Assembly: GCA_017648225.1 (NCBI GenBank)
Contig: JAGCJE010000006.1
Span: forward strand, 1 to 43,338
DNA from: Kiritimatiellia bacterium
Lineage (GTDB): Bacteria; Verrucomicrobiota; Kiritimatiellia; RFP12; UBA1067
DNA length: 43,338 nucleotides
Reading direction: 5' to 3'
Shown in pieces: positions 24,606-32,791 of the stretch. The notes beneath the pieces are model-generated. The model saw only the letters and a list, made by a program, of their open reading frames with translations, was not told the DNA's origin and made no database searches. Position 1 is the first letter of the stretch; the number at the start of each line of letters is the position of its first letter. The translations under genes and the position numbers were made by a program.

Positions 24606-26699
24606 TTACCGACTAAAAAGCCGGAGTTGGCCTTGGGCTTGATAAACCAGCATCGAGTAGCCGTTGGCAACCCTGCATCCGGCGGCTGATGCACGTTCCA
24701 TAAGGGGCGTCACAGCTGGCTCATACCGAAGATCGTATACAAGCTCATTACCGGAAAACGAATATTCTTCTATCGGATCTACGGGAGTAGCGTTAACGAT
24801 AAGATCAAAGCCGGGCGTCAGCGCCATTCGGTGAAACACCTCCACCTCAGCGCCAAGCCGCTTTAGAGCGACAAGCACAGCCTTCGCGGCTCCGCCGGCG
24901 CCGAGGAGCGCCACCTTCAGTCCCGAAAGGCTTTCACGGGATGTAAACTCGAGTATCGCCTTAGAAAAACCGATTTCGTCGGTATTGTAGCCAAGTTTTC
25001 GGCCGTCTTTGAAAACAACCGTGTTAACGGCCCCGATCTCCCGCGCGGCGGCGTCGATAAAATCGAGATGTTTCATCACAGATTCCTTATGGGGAATCGT
25101 GACGGCCATCCCCTTCACATCGCACCTTTCGGCAAACAAAAGAGCCTCCTCCACCGTCTCGGCCGGATATGAAATCATCTCGGCCTTCCGTCCGGCCTTC
25201 GCGTGCGCGGCATTATGAATCTCGGGGCTGGAAGTCTTGACAAGCGGCCAACCCGTAACGGCATAGAGACTCATCTTCAGCTCATCCCAGAAATGCGGAT
25301 AAGATTTTGACACGCATCCGCTCGTATGGATAAGAACGGGCGAATCGAGACTTGTCGCGTAGATCGCCGCCGCCATCGCGATGCGATGATCATTCTTAGG
25401 ATCGACCTCGTAAGGATCTGCGAACACGTCCTCCATAGCGGCGAGCCGGTCGGATTCCTTTATCTTGAGTCTCTCAGTTCCGGTAAATACGGCATTCGCT
25501 CCAAGGGCCCTGTTCACGACGGCGAGCGCCGGATAATTATCGGGGCAGCCAGATACGTCAACAGCTTCGCCGCGCTTAACCTTCTCGACAAATTCCGCGA
25601 TTACGGCGTCAGGCTGGCGCGACCGGGAATCGAGACCTTCGATACGGATCTCGCTCCCCAAGGCGTTCGCCGCGAACCAGAACGCCGCACCGCTCCAATC
25701 GGCCTCGGCCTTGACAGGTCCGGGCGAAACGTACCTTTGAGAACCGCGCACGATAAAGCCCGTAGCGACCTCTCTGATTTCAATCCCGTAGCGCTCCAGC
25801 ACCTGAAGCGTCATGTCGACATATCCGCGCGACTCAAGAAGCGTTAAAAACCTGATTTCCGAATCACCTTCCAGAAGCGGAAGCGCGAATAAAAGCCCCG
25901 TGACGAACTGCGAGGAGATATTGCCGCGCAATTCGTGCAGTCCGGCCTTAAGGGCGTCGTAATCCAGCATCGGGCGTTCGGCGAGGCGGCCGCGGCGGAT
26001 GAACTCCGCTTTGATGCCGAGCGCGGCGGCTATAGGCGCAAAAAACCTAAGCGTAGAACCGCTCTCGCCGCAATCAAGAACAGCACTCTTACGCCCCGCG
26101 TCCCGAGCCTCGGCGAGCGAAGCTATGCAACGCCGCGTCGCGGCGATATCCGCACATTCTCCCACGTCGGCTGGCGACATTTCCCCGCCAGAAAGAAACT
26201 CGGCTATAAGAAGCCTGTGAAGGTGCGACTTCGAGACCGGCGGCGTAATCGCTCCGCGCAATTTTCGGGGCAAAAGAATTTTAGTGTCGCTCTTCACATG
26301 ATGAGCAAACGACGCGTAGTGCGCTCTTCTTTCATCCAGCTTGTTACCTAGCGGACGCGACTTGCCGCCCGCGGAAATACGCGCGGCTATCGTCTCGTCA
26401 TCGACATCGAAAACCGCGACAAAACCGTTCTCTTCGGCGTAAGCCCTGTTGGAAGGATTGAGTAGTGTCCCTCCGCCCAACGCAACGATCGGCGCTCTCA
26501 CCGAGCGCAGCGCCTCGCTCTCAAGGCGGCGGAATTCCGCTTCGCCCTTCGACTCAAAAATTTCTGGAATGGAACATCCCGCGCGGCGAACGATCTCCTC
26601 GTCGAGATCGACATACATTCTGCCGGCTTCCTTAGCCAGGTTTCGGGCAAGCGTCGACTTGCCGCTCGCGGGCGGACCGTAAAGATAAAGGGTTTTCAC
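24606..26699 (-). CDS. trifunctional fusion: shikimate kinase (AroK) + 3-phosphoshikimate 1-carboxyvinyltransferase (AroA, compact) + shikimate dehydrogenase (AroE)
   Basis: 697 aa, with a GTG start at 26699. The shikimate kinase domain (aa 1 to ~135) has GPPASGKST, DLDEEI, GEAEFRRLE and LGGG. The EPSP synthase domain (aa ~140-475) has PPVSKSHLHR, CGESGSTLRF, ERP, ISSQF, KIKESDR, NDHRIAMA and VSKSYP. The shikimate dehydrogenase domain (aa ~477-697) has SSPEIHNAA, AVTIPHK, GAVNTV, GYNTD and LLGAGGAAKA. Confidence 0.85.
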   Translation of the reverse strand: MKTLYLYGPPASGKSTLARNLAKEAGRMYVDLDEEIVRRAGCSIPEIFESKGEAEFRRLESEALRSVRAPIVALGGGTLLNPSNRAYAEENGFVAVFDVDDETIAARISAGGKSRPLGNKLDERRAHYASFAHHVKSDTKILLPRKLRGAITPPVSKSHLHRLLIAEFLSGGEMSPADVGECADIAATRRCIASLAEARDAGRKSAVLDCGESGSTLRFFAPIAAALGIKAEFIRRGRLAERPMLDYDALKAGLHELRGNISSQFVTGLLFALPLLEGDSEIRFLTLLESRGYVDMTLQVLERYGIEIREVATGFIVRGSQRYVSPGPVKAEADWSGAAFWFAANALGSEIRIEGLDSRSRQPDAVIAEFVEKVKRGEAVDVSGCPDNYPALAVVNRALGANAVFTGTERLKIKESDRLAAMEDVFADPYEVDPKNDHRIAMAAAIYATSLDSPVLIHTSGCVSKSYPHFWDELKMSLYAVTGWPLVKTSSPEIHNAAHAKAGRKAEMISYPAETVEEALLFAERCDVKGMAVTIPHKESVMKHLDFIDAAAREIGAVNTVVFKDGRKLGYNTDEIGFSKAILEFTSRESLSGLKVALLGAGGAAKAVLVALKRLGAEVEVFHRMALTPGFDLIVNATPVDPIEEYSFSGNELVYDLRYEPAVTPLMERASAAGCRVANGYSMLVYQAQGQLRLFSR

Positions 26700-26711
26700 T
26701 TTCCTCTATGC

Positions 26712-27872
26712 TCAGCGCGTCTTGAAACGGTATTCCGTAACAGAACGGAACGTCTCGCCGGGACGCAATACGGTCGACGGAAATTCGGGATGGTTCGGGG
26801 AGTCGGGATAATGCTGCGTTTCAAGGGCGATACCCGCATACTGGCAAAGATTTTTACCGGGGGTCTTTGAAGGCATATTCTTATTCTCTCCGATATCCAT
26901 GTTCTGAGCGCCGTACATCTGCATACAGGGCTCGGTCGTCCATATCTCAAGGACGCGCCCCGACTTCGGATCAAACATTTCGACGGCCTGCTTCATCTCG
27001 CCGGGCTTGCCGCGCAGAACGAAGTTATGATCGTACCAGTTGTCCATGGGCTTGAGCCAATCCTGGGCCTTCATCCAGTCCATCTTATATCCGATCGGAC
27101 GCAGGTAAGTGAAATCAAATCCGGTTCCGGCGACCGGAACGTCCTCTACGGGAATAAGCCCGTCGTCAGTTTTAGTGAACTTGTCGGCGAAAATCTGGAG
27201 ATGCTGCTCCAGAACGTCGCCGCTCGATTCGCCGGCGAGATTCCAGTAAGAATGGTGGGTCGGATTAACGACCGTCGGCTTGTCAGAGGTAAGCTCGTAC
27301 TCGACACGCCAGATATTACCGGGAAGAACGCTGTATGTAACCTTGGCCGTTACGTCGCCGGGGAAGCCGTTTTCACCACCCTTGTCGACGTATGTAAGTT
27401 CAAGACCTTTCACGTCGCCCTTGGCGAACGGCTTGGCCTTCCAGACTTTTGCATCCCATCCGTCCGGGCCGCTGTGGAGATTGCAATTTCGCGGAGCGGG
27501 AGTCGTTTCGTTAATAGGAAGCTGATAGGTTTTGCCGTCGAGAGTGAATCTGCCGTCTCTGATGCGGTTGCCGTAACGGCCGATCAAGGTTCCCATCGAA
27601 AAACCGAGCTCCTCATACTCCTTTACGGAGTTCCAGCCGAGAGTCACGTCCGCCATATTGCCGCTGCGGTCAGGGGCAAAGCACTTGACGAGACGGCCGC
27701 CGAAATCCGAAACGACGATTTTTAGGCCGTCCTTGCCTTCTATCGTATAAAGCGAGGCCGCTTCAGACGATTTCGTGGTGCCGAAAGGTTCGACCTTAAC
27801 ATCGGCCTTCTCTTCACCGCCCATACACCCGGCGAGCAGTCCCGCCGCTAAGATCACAGATAATTTGTTCAT
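26712..27872 (-). CDS. galM: aldose 1-epimerase (galactose mutarotase) with a lipoprotein-type signal peptide
   Basis: 386 aa. The N-terminus is MNKLSVILAAGLLAGC. Motifs are GRYGNRIRDGRFTLDGKTYQLPINE, NLHSGPDGWD and VVNPTHHSYWNL. Confidence 0.8.
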   Translation of the reverse strand: MNKLSVILAAGLLAGCMGGEEKADVKVEPFGTTKSSEAASLYTIEGKDGLKIVVSDFGGRLVKCFAPDRSGNMADVTLGWNSVKEYEELGFSMGTLIGRYGNRIRDGRFTLDGKTYQLPINETTPAPRNCNLHSGPDGWDAKVWKAKPFAKGDVKGLELTYVDKGGENGFPGDVTAKVTYSVLPGNIWRVEYELTSDKPTVVNPTHHSYWNLAGESSGDVLEQHLQIFADKFTKTDDGLIPVEDVPVAGTGFDFTYLRPIGYKMDWMKAQDWLKPMDNWYDHNFVLRGKPGEMKQAVEMFDPKSGRVLEIWTTEPCMQMYGAQNMDIGENKNMPSKTPGKNLCQYAGIALETQHYPDSPNHPEFPSTVLRPGETFRSVTEYRFKTR

Positions 27873-27944
27873 AGGATTTTCCTTTTTAGTTCCATTAACC
27901 TATTTAAATTGAATTTATTCCAAAGCCCTTACGGCCGCAGATAA

Positions 27945-27974
27945 ATTTTACCAAATCAGGACAAACTCGGGCAA
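27945..27974 (-). promoter_or_regulatory. sigma70-like promoter: -35 TTGCCC, 18-nt spacer, extended -10 TGgTAAAAT
   Basis: The reverse strand reads TTGCCCgagtttgtcctgatttggTAAAAT, about 70 nt upstream of the galM ATG. Confidence 0.45.
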
Positions 27975-27981
27975 GCGGCGG

Positions 27982-29472
27982 TTATGAGATGAAGCCTTCC
28001 TGCCTGGCGACCTTGTCGACGTCCTCGTCGCGCTTGATGTTCTTGAAATTGCCGGGCAGCTTCGTAAGATCCATCTCGTCGATTGCAAAGCCCTTGGTCG
28101 TGCGCCAGGCGCCGCGCGTAAAATCTGGACACTCGACAGGGTGAGAGCCGGATTGAACGGATCTTCTGGTCAAATCGACCATTGAACTCCAGGCCGCGAG
28201 ATCATAAACGTCGGTATCAAGCGGAATACCGCACTGCAGGCAGTACGTCCACCTCAAATCCATAATAAAGTCCATACCGCCGTGACCGCCCATCTTCTTG
28301 GCGACTTCGCCCGCCGCCGTCCAGATCGGATGGCGATACTTCCTGCGGAGCTCGGCCGTCGCCGCTTCGCTTTGAAAACCGTGGGCCTTACCGTCGCCGG
28401 CCTTATTCTCGAATGCGACTCTAAACTCGGGATACCCCATCGCCATACCCTTCGTCCCGGAAACGAGATTTAAGCGCGAATACGGACGCGGAGTACAGGT
28501 ATCCAACTGAAGCAGAATCGTTCTGCCGAGTTTTGTTTTAATGACGGATGTGTTTATATCGCCGATTTTCACCTTAACATCCTTGCGCCAATCGGTGAAA
28601 AGCTCCTTCACGTAATGGGAGTACGACGACTGCTTCGACTCCACCGAAACCAGAAAGTCAAATGCGTCTCCTCGATTGATATCCATATATTTAGCCACAG
28701 GTCCTAAACCGTGGGTCGGATATTGATTGCCGCAATATTTCGAATAGAAGTCGAGCGTCCAGCCAGGACGGCCAGCCTTAACGGGATCCTGGGCGCCATC
28801 CATCGTATGATATCGTCCGCCGAACTGAAGGTTGCGCTGATCGTGGATGTACGCCGCCTCGCCGTGATTGATTTCGCCGAAAAGGCCTTGCTTGACCATA
28901 TTAAGCATAAGCATCTCCTCTTCGCCGTAGCAGCAGTTCTCAAGCATCATGCAGGGCATTCGCGTGCGCTCGCTAGTCTCAACCAGACTCCAGCACTCCT
29001 CAACGTTAAGAGCGCCGGGAACCTCGTTAAGGACGATCTTGCCGTGTTCCATCGCATAGCGCGCGATCGGCTCATGAAGATGCCAGGGCGTAACGTTGTA
29101 GATGACATCTACCTTATCAGAATCACAAATCCGCTTATATCCTTCCGGTCCAGCGACGGCAATAGCGGGAGACGGCTTTCTATGCGCTTTAAGCCACTTA
29201 ACTTCCGCATCGACGCGATCCTGAAACAAATCCGCGACGGCCGTAACCTCCGTTCCCGGGAGCGTAGCTATCCTGCGAAGCGCCGCACGGCCTCTGACGC
29301 CGACGCCGATACACGCCACGCGAACCTTCTTCATCGGCTTAAGCGAGAAACCCTGCATCGGAGCGCCGCACGGCTCGAACATCTTGAACCTGTTTCCGAT
29401 GCATCCCGCCGCCATCGCCAGCGCGCCCATCCAGGCGGTCGACTTGAAAAAATCTCTTCTGTTAACATTCAT
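27982..29472 (-). CDS. Tat-exported Gfo/Idh/MocA-fold NAD-dependent glycosidase, GH109 (alpha-N-acetylgalactosaminidase)-like
   Basis: 496 aa with a twin-arginine signal (MNVNRRDFFKSTAWMGALAMAAGC). It aligns by eye along its length with the Elizabethkingia GH109 enzyme as I remember it: KVRVACIGVGVRG, TPWHLHEP, MLENCCY, YPTHGLGPV, GGHGGMDF, DVYDLAAWS. Confidence 0.75.
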   Translation of the reverse strand: MNVNRRDFFKSTAWMGALAMAAGCIGNRFKMFEPCGAPMQGFSLKPMKKVRVACIGVGVRGRAALRRIATLPGTEVTAVADLFQDRVDAEVKWLKAHRKPSPAIAVAGPEGYKRICDSDKVDVIYNVTPWHLHEPIARYAMEHGKIVLNEVPGALNVEECWSLVETSERTRMPCMMLENCCYGEEEMLMLNMVKQGLFGEINHGEAAYIHDQRNLQFGGRYHTMDGAQDPVKAGRPGWTLDFYSKYCGNQYPTHGLGPVAKYMDINRGDAFDFLVSVESKQSSYSHYVKELFTDWRKDVKVKIGDINTSVIKTKLGRTILLQLDTCTPRPYSRLNLVSGTKGMAMGYPEFRVAFENKAGDGKAHGFQSEAATAELRRKYRHPIWTAAGEVAKKMGGHGGMDFIMDLRWTYCLQCGIPLDTDVYDLAAWSSMVDLTRRSVQSGSHPVECPDFTRGAWRTTKGFAIDEMDLTKLPGNFKNIKRDEDVDKVARQEGFIS

Positions 29473-29517
29473 ACCGGCAATCTCCTGTCTTTGTTTTCAT
29501 CCGCAGAGTTCATAGGC

Positions 29518-29548
29518 ATTATACCAAAATTAAGCGTGCGAAAGGCAA
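29518..29548 (-). promoter_or_regulatory. sigma70-like promoter: -35 TTGCCT, 19-nt spacer, extended -10 TGgTATAAT
   Basis: The reverse strand reads TTGCCTttcgcacgcttaattttggTATAAT, about 45 nt upstream of the GH109-like ATG. An AGGAGA Shine-Dalgarno follows. Confidence 0.5.
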
Positions 29549-29594
29549 AATCCGTCAGGCCGCCCTCAAACGATATCGGCTATGGGCCTATGGG

Positions 29595-30701
29595 CTACCC
29601 CATCAGATATTTTCCGATAAAGGGGATCTTCCTGACGGCAAAACTCACAAGCGAAGACGAAACGAACGCTATGGAGGCGACCGCCATAACCGCCAGCGGC
29701 ATCGGAACAACGCCCTTGAGCGCCGCGCTGACGGGCGCGAGCGCGATCATATGGATCAAATACGTTCCGTAGCTCGCCTCGGATAGAGGGACGATAACCC
29801 GACGATAAAACGCTCCGTCGGCGGTGATTTTGCGGATGACGAGAAAAAGACCGACGACCGCCGCGGCCACGCCGAGCGAACAGTATTCGATACACGTCTC
29901 AAAATCCACGGCGGCGGCGTATGGCTCGCGGACAGGAAAACCGTCAGCGGGAATTCGGAAATAAAGCCCACATGCCATAATGGCGAAGCCGGCGGCGAAA
30001 AGCGGAAGCGCGACGGCCAGGGTCTTGCTCCACGAGAACTGAGAAACGAACCTGCGGATGTAGAGCGCGATAAGCATATACCCGAAAAAGCCGCTCACGT
30101 GGTAAAACGTGCCGAAACCGTTCCAGGGGCACTCCCCCCAGAGATAGGCTATCGAGCCGAAAGAGGGATCTCCGACAAACACCAATGAAATGCGTCGTAG
30201 ATAAGGGAAGAGCGCGGTAAAAAGCCAAACGCCGATCCACATCCGGATTTCTCGCTTGCCCGCCTTCTCAGCCCAGGGTGAAAGAAGCGGCATCGCCAGA
30301 TAAAGCCCGAAAAGCATAGGAACGAACCAGAGGTGTCCCGCGGCCATCGGGAAATTAAAACACATCTCTTTTATATTGCCGTTAAAATGCCAGACGTAAA
30401 ACAAGGACCAGATGAAAAACGGAATCAGAATACGCGAAGCCCTGCGGCGCAAAAACCGCCCGGTTTCAGCTTTAAGGGGAAAGAGCAGATAGCATGAGGC
30501 TATTACAAAGAGAGGTACGCACGAGCGCGCCAACCCTTCGTATACGCAAACCCAGACCGCGTCGGACCTGGTCGCGATACTTAAGTCTCCGTTGGAAAAA
30601 TCGATGTAATAAGGCTCGAGAGCGTGGATCACCATCACCATGAAACATGCTATAAGACGAAGGTAATCGAGGAAAACGATGCGCTCTTTCAATTCTTTCA
30701 T
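29595..30701 (-). CDS. membrane acyltransferase family 3 protein (O-acyltransferase)
   Basis: 368 aa with ~10 TM. The N-terminal block IVFLDYLRLIACFMVMVIHA is typical of Acyl_transf_3. Confidence 0.8.
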   Translation of the reverse strand: MKELKERIVFLDYLRLIACFMVMVIHALEPYYIDFSNGDLSIATRSDAVWVCVYEGLARSCVPLFVIASCYLLFPLKAETGRFLRRRASRILIPFFIWSLFYVWHFNGNIKEMCFNFPMAAGHLWFVPMLFGLYLAMPLLSPWAEKAGKREIRMWIGVWLFTALFPYLRRISLVFVGDPSFGSIAYLWGECPWNGFGTFYHVSGFFGYMLIALYIRRFVSQFSWSKTLAVALPLFAAGFAIMACGLYFRIPADGFPVREPYAAAVDFETCIEYCSLGVAAAVVGLFLVIRKITADGAFYRRVIVPLSEASYGTYLIHMIALAPVSAALKGVVPMPLAVMAVASIAFVSSSLVSFAVRKIPFIGKYLMG

Positions 30702-30716
30702 ATTAACTCCCTGGTT

Positions 30717-31280
30717 TTAACACCGTACGGCACCCTGCCGCAGAATTTTAATATCCCCGCTGGCGTTTACGGCAACAACCGTCGAGGCGACTCCTCCGGG
30801 GCTGACGCCGCCGTCAACGACGAGGTCTGCCGAGAGGCCCACCGACTTGAGAGCCTCGGCGGCTTCAACGGCGGCCTGCGACCCGGAGAGATTTGCGCTG
30901 GTAACCTTAAGCGCTCCGCCGCACCTGTCGATAAGCTTACACGTCCACTCGAAATCGGGAACACGAAAGCCCTCCGTCGTCTCTCCGTTCGAAACTACGA
31001 GCGTCAGAGCCCCCGGCCAATGACGCTTAGCCAATTCCGCCGCGCGTCCGGTCAAACTGAACCCGCGACGCTCGACAGCCTCGACGCTTGAGGCCAGAAA
31101 CGCGATCGGTTTTTTTTCAGAGCGTCCCTTTATCGTATAGAGTCTCTCAACCGCATCGGGAAAATCCGGATGGGCTGCAAGACCGTAAACCGTATCGGTA
31201 GGAATTACAACGACGCCTCCTTCAAGAAGCGTCTTGCAAGCGGCCTCAAGTCCGACGGGATCGCAGCCGACGGTTCTCAT
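30717..31280 (-). CDS. tsaC: L-threonylcarbamoyladenylate synthase (YrdC/TsaC type)
   Basis: I take the ATG at 31280 (a TGATG overlap with the upstream stop); the track start is a TTG one codon upstream. The YrdC-domain blocks are VVVIPTDTVYGLAA, KGRSEKKPIAF and TSANLSG. The size is ~187 aa. Confidence 0.8.
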   Translation of the reverse strand: MRTVGCDPVGLEAACKTLLEGGVVVIPTDTVYGLAAHPDFPDAVERLYTIKGRSEKKPIAFLASSVEAVERRGFSLTGRAAELAKRHWPGALTLVVSNGETTEGFRVPDFEWTCKLIDRCGGALKVTSANLSGSQAAVEAAEALKSVGLSADLVVDGGVSPGGVASTVVAVNASGDIKILRQGAVRC

Positions 31281-31708
31281 CAAATCCCCATTTCCGTTAA
31301 AATCCTCGCCGCGAGTTTTACCATCTCGACACAGGGACGCTTCGCATAATACGCGCTCGTGCGCTCCTCAGGAGCTCCGCCTCGGGTGGCGCCCGTACCC
31401 TCTAAAAGCTCGCGACAGACGATTGATCCGCACTCTTCCTTGAAGCGTCGGCAGAAATCCTGGACATAACCGTAAACCGCGGCCTTGTCGTCGCCGTATT
31501 CAAGGCCGAAAACTAGCGAGGCGCCCGTAACCGCGCCGCACACTTCGCGCATACGGCCGACGCCGCCGCCCAAACCGCACGAAATCTTCGAGGCCGTCTC
31601 CTCGTTGAGACCGTACTTATCGGCAAAAGCGAGAAAAACCGACTGCGAACAATTTTTACCGGTCAAGAAAAATTCTTCGGCCTTTGCCTCACGAGATTTA
31701 TTTTCCAT
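31280..31708 (-). CDS. C_GCAxxG_C_C family protein
   Basis: 142 aa. Recognisable stretches are GKNCSQSVFLAF, CGLGGGVG, VCGAVTGA and C..ELL...C. Confidence 0.75.
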   Translation of the reverse strand: MENKSREAKAEEFFLTGKNCSQSVFLAFADKYGLNEETASKISCGLGGGVGRMREVCGAVTGASLVFGLEYGDDKAAVYGYVQDFCRRFKEECGSIVCRELLEGTGATRGGAPEERTSAYYAKRPCVEMVKLAARILTEMGI

Positions 31709-32008
31709 TTATTTACCCTCTATGCTTTTTAAGATCGTTTCGAATTCTCCTGCAGACACACCGCAAAGTATAATGCGCTTCGTCTTCGAAGTTTCGCCCG
31801 ACTTGAATTTAACGCGCGACTTCGGAAGATCGAAAGCGTTCGCCACCGTCTCGACGAGTTCCTTGTTGGCCTTGCCGTCGACGGGCGCGGAGCGAAGACG
31901 GACTTTCAGCGCGTCGGCAACGACGCCTTCAACGCCCGCGCGTGACGAACGCGGCTGGGCGCGCACGTTTACGATTATTCCTTCAGGACTTTCCGTATAA
32001 AAACTCAT
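31709..32008 (-). CDS. DUF167 (YggU/UPF0235) family protein
   Basis: 99 aa. It reads VRAQPRSSRAGVEG...LKVRLRSAPVDGKANKELVE...SRVKFKSGETSKTKRI. Confidence 0.8.
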   Translation of the reverse strand: MSFYTESPEGIIVNVRAQPRSSRAGVEGVVADALKVRLRSAPVDGKANKELVETVANAFDLPKSRVKFKSGETSKTKRIILCGVSAGEFETILKSIEGK

Positions 32009-32024
32009 CTCTTGGGATCTTTCC

Positions 32025-32759
32025 TCAATCGCAGCCCTCGAGCGCCTCTGCGATTTCCGCTTGAGTCAAATCTCTGAATTCACCGGGATTCAAATCCATC
32101 GGAAGAGTCAACGAACCGATGGCGACGCGCTTTAAAGAAACGACGACGAGATGGGCGGCGGAACACATATAACGTATCTGGCGTTTGCGGCCCTCCTTAA
32201 GAACAAACTCAAGGGTCGTAATGTTGTTGAACGTTTCTCCGACAACACGAACGGGAACGGGGCGGGTCATATACCCGTCCGGCATTTTAACCGAACCGCG
32301 AAGAATCGCAAGCTTCTCGTCGTTCCAGCGGCCTGCGGCCTTTACTATATATGTTTTCCTGTGGCCGAAACGGGGATGGGTAAGTTTATTCGTAAGATCG
32401 CCGTCGTTGCTCATCAGAATAAGGCCTTCGGAATCCTTGTCGAGCCTACCGACGGGAACGAGCCTCTCGCCGACCGATCCCTTTATGATATCGGCAACGG
32501 TCTTCCCCCCGAAAGGATCGCTCATCGAGCTTAAAACACCGACGGGCTTGTAAAGCATTATCGTACGCTTCTTCTCCGCCGCCGCGATTCTCTCGCCGTC
32601 CACGGCGACATCGGCCGATTCCGGATCGAAACGCGCTCCGGCCTCACGAACAACAATCCCGTCCACGGTCACGCGGCCTGATTCGATTATCGCCGCGGCC
32701 CCTCGCCGTGAGGCGATTCCGGCGCGGGCAAGTATATTCTGCAATCTTTCTTCTGGCAT
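32025..32759 (-). CDS. rRNA pseudouridine synthase (RsuA/RluB family) with an N-terminal S4 domain
   Basis: 244 aa. The S4 domain is RLQNILARAGIASRRGAAAIIESGRVTVDG. The catalytic block is VGRLDKDSEGLILMSNDG, followed by KGRKRQIR. Confidence 0.85.
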   Translation of the reverse strand: MPEERLQNILARAGIASRRGAAAIIESGRVTVDGIVVREAGARFDPESADVAVDGERIAAAEKKRTIMLYKPVGVLSSMSDPFGGKTVADIIKGSVGERLVPVGRLDKDSEGLILMSNDGDLTNKLTHPRFGHRKTYIVKAAGRWNDEKLAILRGSVKMPDGYMTRPVPVRVVGETFNNITTLEFVLKEGRKRQIRYMCSAAHLVVVSLKRVAIGSLTLPMDLNPGEFRDLTQAEIAEALEGCD

Positions 32760-32791
32760 ATTCGAATTCCCGTCTGTAAATTTGTATTGCC

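Noticed and set aside
26696-26974. 92-aa minus-strand ORF overlapping the end of galM and abutting the aro fusion start
   Set aside because: It is an out-of-frame overlap with the well-supported mutarotase gene, and it is Arg/Pro/Ser-rich with no start context.
29575-29597. Direct repeat CTATGGGC x2 just after the acyltransferase stop, as a possible terminator or binding site
   Set aside because: It is only 8 bp x 2, forms no stable stem and has no U-tract. It is too short to distinguish from chance.
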